Assembly (NCBI RefSeq): GCF_009914755.1
Contig: NC_060925.1
From: the human T2T-CHM13v2.0 reference genome, Homo sapiens
Strand: one strand, 5' to 3'
DNA: 64,000 bases
Every line of letters starts with the position of its first letter. The stretch's first letter is position 1. A program made the position numbers and the translations under genes. The notes below the pieces were generated by a model, which ran no database searches, was not told where the DNA came from, and saw nothing but the letters and a program-made list of their open reading frames with translations. Positions 53,666 through 64,000 of the stretch are shown piece by piece.

Positions 53666-54371
53666 CTGCAAGGAAAGAAAACACAGGGTTGGAACAAACA
53701 GACTTCCAACAGGCAACAAGAGGGGTCATCGTTTCTGTGCAGACAACCTGGTGCAAATGCTAAGGGCAAAGGAACAGCAACATTCAAGATCCCCTACCAG
53801 CCGGGCACGGTGGTTCACATCTAATCCCAACACTTTGGGAGGCCAAGGTGGGTGGATCACTTGAGGTCAGGAGTTTGAGACCAGCCTGGCCAACATGGTG
53901 AAACCCTGTCTCCAAAAACCAAAGAAATATCCTTTGCCTGCCTCCAGCAGAAAGATCCTCTACCTCCCGCCTCCAGCAGTGGGGGAGGAGGCAACAGGAG
54001 CAAGTGTAGCAAAATGGCATGCATTCAATAAGCCCAGTTTGCTATTTTCTCTGCCAGGGACTCCATTTTCCAATCCTTTTTTGTTCTGTTTATTTATTTA
54101 AGTTACAAGTCTTAACCCTTTCCTTAATCAGAAGCAACAGGGCTATGTCTCCTGAGAGTTGGGCAATCATTTGATTCCCACTACAACAGAGATTCGGCCA
54201 GATGCAGTGGCTCATGCCTGTAATCCTAGCACGTTGGGAGGCTGAGGCAGGTGGATTGCCTGAACTCAGGAATTCAAGACCAGCCTGGGCAACATGGTGA
54301 AACCCATCTCTACTAAAATACAAAAAAATTAGCTGGGCACAGTGGTGTGCACCTGTAATCCCAGCTACTCA

Positions 54372-54742
<371 letters not shown>

Positions 54743-55721
54743 TGATTTTTGTGGTTTTTTTGTAGAGATGGGGGTCTCACCATGTTGCTCAGGCTGGTCT
54801 CAAATGATCTGCCCACCTTGGCCTCCCAAAGTCCTCTGATTACAAACATGAACCACTGCGCCCGGCCTGGATTTTTCTTTAGACTTCCCTCACCCACAGG
54901 TACAGAGGTAACCTGTACCTGGTCACTGATGAAATGAACTCAGAGACACTTCAAGTGTTTAAGATTTATCTTCTTCAGTCTCGTTTTCCCATCTTCTGAC
55001 ATGCCAATTCAGTTCTTTGATGTTTCATGTCTAAACCATGGGAATCTACAACTTACTAAAAAACTTGGCCTATAAGGCCCTAAACAAGAGCCAACTTTAT
55101 TTCCCCTGACTACATCAGACAAAACAAATCAGTTTTTGGACTTGCACAAACTGAAATCTCCTACCCTAGTCCTAGCCCAATTCCCTGGGCATTCTTCATC
55201 GGCAAGAAGATTCCAAGGGAAGGAGGTGGTGAGCTGAGACCACTCAGTGGGGAGGACCAACTTGATCTCTGGAATCCTAGCCCAGGCTTTTTCAACAAAG
55301 CATAGAACAAAGAGACTCCTAGGCATTCTCAGACAGAAGAACCACAGGAAGGCCATTAAAATTAAAAGATACACTAACAGCCGGGCGCGGTGGCTCACAC
55401 CTATAATCCCAGCACTTTGGGAGGCCGAGGCAGGTGGATCACGAGGTCAGGAGTTTGAGACCAGCCTGGCCAACATGGTGAAACCCCATCTCTACTAAAA
55501 ATACAAAATTAGCCAGGAATGGTGGCAGGTGCCTCTAATCCCAGCTACTCAGGAGGCTGAGGCAGGAGAATAGCTTGAAACAGGAAGACAGAGGTTGCAG
55601 TGAGTTGAGATCCCACCACTGCATTCCAGCCTGGGTGAAAAAGTGAAACTCCGCCTCAAATAAAAAAAAAAAAGATACACAAACAAAAGATTGCACTGCA
55701 GTTTATCTAAAGTGACCTTTA

Positions 55722-56121
<400 letters not shown>

Positions 56122-56427
56122 TTATGTTAGATAAAAGCCAAAAGCAGAAAGTGCTTACCTTAAGGTGCAGGTGAGGGCGGCAAAACATCTACGTGTTTAA
56201 GATGTGTCTATTTAAATCACGGGAGAAGTTAACATAGGAGGCAGTGACAGGGAACCCTGCCCTGGGACCAAGGACCCTTTGGCCAAGGTGCAAAGCCCTC
56301 TTGAAGAAGCAAGCAGATGTCTACCTGGGATCAGTTCCTAGCCAAAGCCAAGCGTCAGGAAACTTGAGCATAAACACCCCTTCCATCCTGGTGCGACTCT
56401 CAGGAAGTGAGAAAAGCCGAGCCTCAC

Positions 56428-56594
56428 CGTGTGGTTAGCGCCACAGGCCACGTCTCGTACAACCACGTTTGGTACAGGCAGAATCTGTCCATCTTTCGTC
56501 TTCTCAATGAAGATGGCCACTCGCCGGGGAACTAGTTCACAGTCGTACTCTATCCGCTGTGCCCGGGCGATGAACTTCCCATCTGAGTTGTGTC
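56428..56594 (-). CDS. RCC2: RCC2 exon (GHNSDGKFIARAQRIEYD...DVACGANHT)
   Basis: ctacag|GA acceptor, ACG|gtgag donor; RCC1-repeat VACGxxHT. Confidence 0.95.
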
Positions 56595-57329
56595 CTGTAG
56601 AGACCACAGAGCCGGCCATCAGCAGCAGCACAAGCACAAGGGACGTGTCAGTGTGCTCACACGGACTCTGTAGTGAGCCCCGGCAGCACCCCAATCTGGC
56701 CCTTCTGGGCCTTAGACCAGCACACGTTGGTCAACAAAGGCAGCATTTCCAATCTTAGGCACAGCACAGTGAGTGGGTCAGTGAAATCAATTTTGTGAGC
56801 TAAGACCAGTTATTTTTTAAAAACGAATAGAACAGAATGACAAAGAATACTCTACACATAATAATGGCACCATGTTACAACAATTCCAGGTAAGGTATTA
56901 TACGTTCAGATTGGGTTGCAAAAGAAAACTTATTTCTTACAATGGGTTGCAGTCAAAAAAGTTGAAGCTGCTGATCAAGGAATGGTCTATCAAGTAAGAT
57001 CTCTACCCCACTGGAGGGACCACAAGGAGCCCCTAAAAGACCAAGAATAGACAGAAAAGCTCCATACACAATCCCAGGCCTCTGTTTTTATGAATTACCA
57101 GTAACCTAAACGTATGGTTACGGGTGGCTAAAGCCTGCAATTCCCACACTCCGAATGACCCAGGGACTGGTTCGCAAAGACCCAGCTCAGCACACCACAC
57201 ACCAGAAGCCCGGCTGCTCCAGTCCTGAGAACACGCCAGACACCCAAGCTCCTGCAGCCACCTGCAGCAGCAGGGCTGCTAAGTAGTTTATAGTTTTAAA
57301 CTGCTCCTGTTCCCACACTGTGATCATCA

Positions 57330-57659
<330 letters not shown>

Positions 57660-57771
57660 TTATCAGTTTGTAAACTAGCCCCCGGCTTGTGGCTAATCCC
57701 CCTCCATACGGCACGCTGGTGTGCACCTCAGCCCTTATTGGTATGTGTGTTTTTGAGCACTGTGCTATTTA

Positions 57772-58072
57772 AATACAGTCAGCCCTCCATGGCCACAGGT
57801 TCAACCAACAGTGGTCCAAAAATATCTGGGGGGAGGAGGAAACAAGGAAAAAAAAAAGATAATACAAACAATACAAGTAAGACCATACAGTAGAACTACT
57901 TACATAACATTTACATCACATTAGGTACTGAAGTAATCTAGAGATGATTTTAAGTGTACAGGTTACATGCAAATACTATGCCATTTTATATAAGGTACTT
58001 GAGCATCTTAAGATCTTGGTATCCACAGGGGGTACTGGAAGCAATCCCCCAGGTTACCAAGGAGCAACTGCA
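57772..58072. mobile_element. MER2/Tigger-like DNA transposon relic
   Basis: tacagtcagccctcc...gtaatctagagatgattt...ccattttatataagg...caactg resembles TcMar-Tigger MER2. Confidence 0.6.
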
Positions 58073-58148
58073 CCCTGGAATCACAACTACGCTACACACA
58101 ATAAAACTCCTGGGCTTGTTTACAGGGCGCCTTATAACACTCATCTCA

Positions 58149-58654
<506 letters not shown>

Positions 58655-59116
58655 CTAGGCTACGATGAATGTAAGAGCATCACAGTAAATAGAATGCATT
58701 TCCGGATATGTCGCTACTTTTCTCACAAAAATGGTATTTTTAAACACTTGCACTCTTCCGGACAAGGTTTCAGCAAGGCAGTCAACAAATGATTAGAGTC
58801 CTTTTATTTGCTATCGACACAGTGGATACTGAACAGACACAACTCCCAGACAGGAGAGGAGGCACATTTGGTGACTGCTTTTTCCACCTCCTTTAAAGAG
58901 CTGCACACATCTGCTTTCTCCAGAAGTACAGGACAGAAGCTACTCCAGAAAACATCGAACAGCGGGCTTCCCTGTCCCTCTAGAGGGGTGACAGCTCTTT
59001 AAAATAAAGTTAAATGGCATGGCTGGGCACGGTGGCTCATGCCTGTAATCCCAACACTTTGGGAGGCCGAGGCGGGTAGATCACTTGAGATCAAGCGTTT
59101 GAGACCAGCCTGGTCA

Positions 59117-59333
<217 letters not shown>

Positions 59334-59639
59334 TCAGTGCACTGCAAAAAAGGGGGCACAAGGCATGAGTGTGTGTGGATGAGACACGGCCATAGTCGGA
59401 TTTAGGTTCATTCTAAAAGTGATCTATCTGGATTTGGACAACGAAACAAACACCTGCCTTAAAGCAAGTAATACGCTGAGAATAAGCGATTCTGTAGCTA
59501 CAAATCAAGCCGATTTCCAAACTACCTGCAAGTTGAGTGTAACTGAGCACCTGCGAATTTGTACAAAGTGCTTACATGGTGCCTGGCACACACAGTCACT
59601 GCTCCATGAAAGTGAGCCGTTTTTATCACCAACAGCATG

Positions 59640-60070
59640 TCATGCTTCCTGACGGAAAATCGACTTGCCGGGGTGCAGAGGGGAGGCCAAGGCAGCAGGA
59701 GCGCGCACGTGGCAGGAAGCGGACCGCTGCTGGGCACCGCAGCAGGGCTGTGGCCATGGAAACCGCTCTCCAACTGTCTCGGGCTCCACCACGGCAACCA
59801 ACGCGAAATGTGAAATGTGCGTAAGGGGCTGTTCTCTCTTATTCACTTCTGACTTGAAGTATATTTAGTTTCACAAAGTCACTGTTCCCCGAGGCTAAGG
59901 CCAGCGGGCTCGGCGCTATTTTTACCTTTTCCATCTGCCAGGCGCTGCGGCTGCAGGAGCGCGCGCGGCCAGCAGAGGGCGCCCGCGCCACACCTCGCGG
60001 AGGCCTCCCCAGAGGGGCTGGAGTGGAGGCAGAGCCACAACCGGGAAGCGCACTTCAGGGAACCGCACTT
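59640..60070. promoter_or_regulatory. Small intronic CpG-rich element with a near-consensus CTCF motif (59966-59984)
   Basis: High CpG density in non-repeat DNA; CGGCCAGCAGAGGGCGCCC resembles the CTCF core; CACGTG at 59706-59711. Confidence 0.65.
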
Positions 60071-60661
60071 AGGGTCCGATGGGAAGGAGAATGGAGACCA
60101 TCAGGTCGGAAGACACTCCCCCCACTAACTGAGAACTGATGCCTGAATTCTCCTTTTCCACCAATGAGATCGAAGAAACAAGTTTCTGGACAACTAGATT
60201 CTGGCTAGGGATGACGCACGGGGAGGGGGTCCACCAGGGCTCCTCACGTGGCAACCCGAAATAATCGCCCAGGCCAGGGTTTCCAGAACAACGTTCATTT
60301 TCCGTAATTTTCTCATTTTCAATAAAGGCATAATCTTTAAATGTGAAATTGAATGAAGGTGGTCTGATTTTTTTTTAACTTTGAAATCCCTTTATATAAA
60401 TGAATTCCCAAATCAGAAAAAAAGAAATCTTTTGTAGGACTCCAGTCCCAACTTTTCCATTGAGGCAGTGTTGCAATACTCCATAATCCTGTGAATGAGG
60501 ACGCGCTGTTCTGCTGAACGTGAGATCCACTTAACGGACAAAGGCTATTATCTGAGATCAATTACCCACATTTCTAACACGTGTGTGCAGCCCCACACTG
60601 ATCTCTAGTTCTGAATATATACAGTTAGATTACAGAGCTTTTAAAAAATGTACTTCCATAC

Positions 60662-60776
60662 CCAGCTGACCATATTCAGGGCACCCAAAGGAATAGAGGT
60701 TTCCTTTGCAGTCCATTATCATACTGAATTCAGCCCCACAGGCCATTTTGGTAATTGGCTGGCCGTTGTACATTAT
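60662..60776 (-). CDS. RCC2: RCC2 exon (IMYNGQPITKMACGAEFSMIMDCKGNLYSFGCPEYGQL)
   Basis: tttcag|ATA acceptor, G|gtatg donor; RCC1 repeat. Confidence 0.95.
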
Positions 60777-61127
60777 CTGAAAAGACAAGAAAGGAGACTT
60801 TCATTTTTTTTAAAGACTGATAAAAAGCCTCTACCTCTCTGCATGTTGGTGGGAAACAATTACTAGGTTACAAACGGAAGTTTAATAAACTCAGTAATTC
60901 TGAAGGCAAAAGCTGAAGGCATTTCTAGAACACAAAGCTTAGAAGATATGTAAAGAAGCACCCTCAGACCCCCACCCTCCCAGCACAGAGCAGTTCAAAG
61001 CCTAGCCACTGTCTCTTTAAGATCAATAAAACCAAGTCCCTCCCTTCCTTCATCACCTAGACCACTAATTAGGCACTTAGCATTCTTCTGCCTTTAGTAG
61101 TAGTTTGTTTTTAAGGTATAAATCTCA

Positions 61128-61561
<434 letters not shown>

Positions 61562-61678
61562 TCACTTTCTTTGGAACAGAACAGGCTTACGACAAGGCAT
61601 TTCTAACAGATTTCTCCATTTGGAAACAAAATGTTTTCAGGATGGTTTTCAACCCGACCACAAACTAAGCCTGTTTTA

Positions 61679-62025
<347 letters not shown>

Positions 62026-62150
62026 CTAAACATCCAGACCCTGTTTTTACAAGGGGTAAATTAACTCAAACGGAGACCCCACCTTAGAAAATCAAACACA
62101 AAAGTAAAGAGAAACAAAAAGCCATGGAGCCGGAGCTGAGGAGGGGTCAC

Positions 62151-62239
62151 CTGCGCGGGGCTGGGAACAGCGTCTGTCTGGTTGCCAAGGCCCAGCTGCC
62201 CCATCTTGTTTTCCCCAAACGCAAACACGGAGCCCGTTT
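62151..62239 (-). CDS. RCC2: RCC2 exon (ETGSVFAFGENKMGQLGLGNQTDAVPSPAQ)
   Basis: ttccag|AA acceptor, CAG|gtgac donor; GxNxxGQLG motif. Confidence 0.95.
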
Positions 62240-62652
62240 CTGGAAGAAAGGAAAAATATCACAAAAGGGAAGATAATGGTGAATGTTTTGAACTAGATTT
62301 AGAATCAAAGGCATCAAAATAATAAAAACAGCTCATTTGCCAGGCAGAAGGCAAGTGAGACTGCCCAAAAGCTGGCAGTGCAGACGCTTCACAGCAAAGC
62401 CATTTCACATCAGAAACTGGGTGTGCAGAGAAACAGAGGGCAGCGTCTCCTACTCCCAGATGGGCCTCCTATGGCCACTGGGGAGGCTCCCAATGCCCTC
62501 AAGAAGCCACTCCATGCCAAGGTTCTCAGGGCCTCTTTCTGATCCTGACCAAGAGTCACAAGGGGAACTCCACCACCCCACGCCCCATCCCCAAGGCAGA
62601 CCACCTGGCCTCTTGCCAAACTGAGAGGAGACACCAGCAGCCACCTCCTTAC

Positions 62653-62784
62653 CCGTCAAGGCCAAGGTGTGGTTCCGCCCACATGCTGCAGACACAATCA
62701 CTTCGTGGCTAAGACCCTCGATGAGTCTAGGGGCTTCTACTCTCTTGGTGTCACCATGTCCCAGCTGCCCCTTCTCATTTCGAC
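62653..62784 (-). CDS. RCC2: RCC2 exon (GRNEKGQLGHGDTKRVEAPRLIEGL...ACGRNHTLALT); upstream exons lie beyond the window
   Basis: ctgcag|GT acceptor, G|gtaag donor; the nine RCC2 exons join in one open frame (1046 nt to the stop). Confidence 0.95.
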
Positions 62785-64000
62785 CTGCAGATCACATGAG
62801 AGAAAGTAGAAAAGAGAGAGGGTGGTCCAGGCGGCACCACCAGGAGAAGGCGAGTACAAACACACTCTCAAATGATGCCCATCTGTCTCTGGAAGGTACC
62901 CTCCAAATTCCCAACAACAGCCAAGATCCAGAGCAAAGAACGCCCCGGCCCTCTGCCCGCTGGAATGGCGCCTGCTGCAGCTCCCCGGACCTCCTTCCCT
63001 GGGGCAGCAGCGGGACCACCCGTGCACACCTCCCACGTCTCTGCTACAAAGGGAAATGAGAGGCTCAGTGTGGTAGGGACACCATGCACAGGCGGGCATG
63101 CTCGCAGAAACACGCCGTTCCCACTTAGAGTGCCTGCAAGACAACCACCCCGTCCCTACCCTCTGAGATGTATTTTAAGACAGCACCCCATTTTGACACC
63201 TGGCTCACCAGAGTTTAATCACTTTGGTGCTCTGGGCATCCACTGAGGACCATTTGGTGTCTGCCCAATATTTCTCTTCCTTTTTCTACCCTGTAAATGG
63301 TGCTCACATAACAGTGCCAATCCCACCCCTAGGGATCGCCCCTCAAGGACTCTCAGCCACAGGAACCCTGGTGACAAAGCACAGATCCACCCTCAACACA
63401 ACACGCCCAGCCCCACCTCCAGGACTGCTGCAGGTGCGACCAAGGCCCTGTATCTGTGAATTCCAGCGGAAGGCAGGCCTGAGGGCCAACCCCTACCCCC
63501 AAGTCCTCTGCAGAACCAAATTCAACTCCAAACAGACGTGGAAGTTGGGTGGGCCAAAAGGAGGGCTGGGAGCCCCTACACCGCATCTAGGTTTCAACAC
63601 AAACTACCAAGTTCCAAAACAAAAATTCAACCGGCCACTCTCGGATCCCTCCCGATAAGAGAAAAACCACACATGTAACCTGACGTGGGGAAACTGACGG
63701 AGATCTTACAGTGGTGAGAAGTCAGGGCAATTCTAGGGGGTTTTGCAACCTTCTCCAGCAATGAACTTTTCACCCTTAGGTTGTGATAAAGGCAGACAGC
63801 AGAGCCATTAAGATGAGTTCCAGCTGTCCTGGAGAAGGCTTGCAGGAGCAGCCTCTGACTACAGAAGGAATTGCGACGAAGGGAAACCAGCCTCTGACTC
63901 GCTCTAATTAAAGAACGGCGGGCTGAAGGGCCAGCACTGGCACTCGAGCAGGAGAGGCAGATACACCAGCTTCCAATGGGAGCTGCCCAAGTTCATGTGA

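Overview
Human (primate) genomic DNA from the 1p36.13 peptidylarginine deiminase cluster. It contains three genes. (1) The last intron, last exon and polyA site of PADI4 (+). (2) The complete 16-exon oocyte/maternal-effect gene PADI6 (+; CDS 12195-41385). The exons I reconstructed sum to 2085 nt, i.e. 694 aa plus stop, and all introns are GT-AG. (3) The last nine coding exons and ~2.3 kb 3'UTR of RCC2 (-), converging tail-to-tail with PADI6. The rest is very Alu-dense (roughly 55-60 copies by eye) with L1, L2, MIR, MaLR/ERV LTR and DNA-transposon relics. Almost all entries in the ORF track are spurious or Alu-derived. I found no convincing new gene or biological system. The most interesting sequence-level observations are: pseudo-enzyme signatures of PADI6 read against PADI4 in the same window; a duplicated S-x-EGRAMS peptide in PADI6; a T-free C-rich splice acceptor with an antisense G-quadruplex at PADI6 exon 15; an in-frame Alu cryptic acceptor in PADI6 intron 12; an E-box cluster at the PADI6 promoter; an inverted ERV LTR pair upstream of PADI6; a templated-insertion-like mosaic in the PADI4 last intron; and a CpG/CTCF element inside an RCC2 intron.
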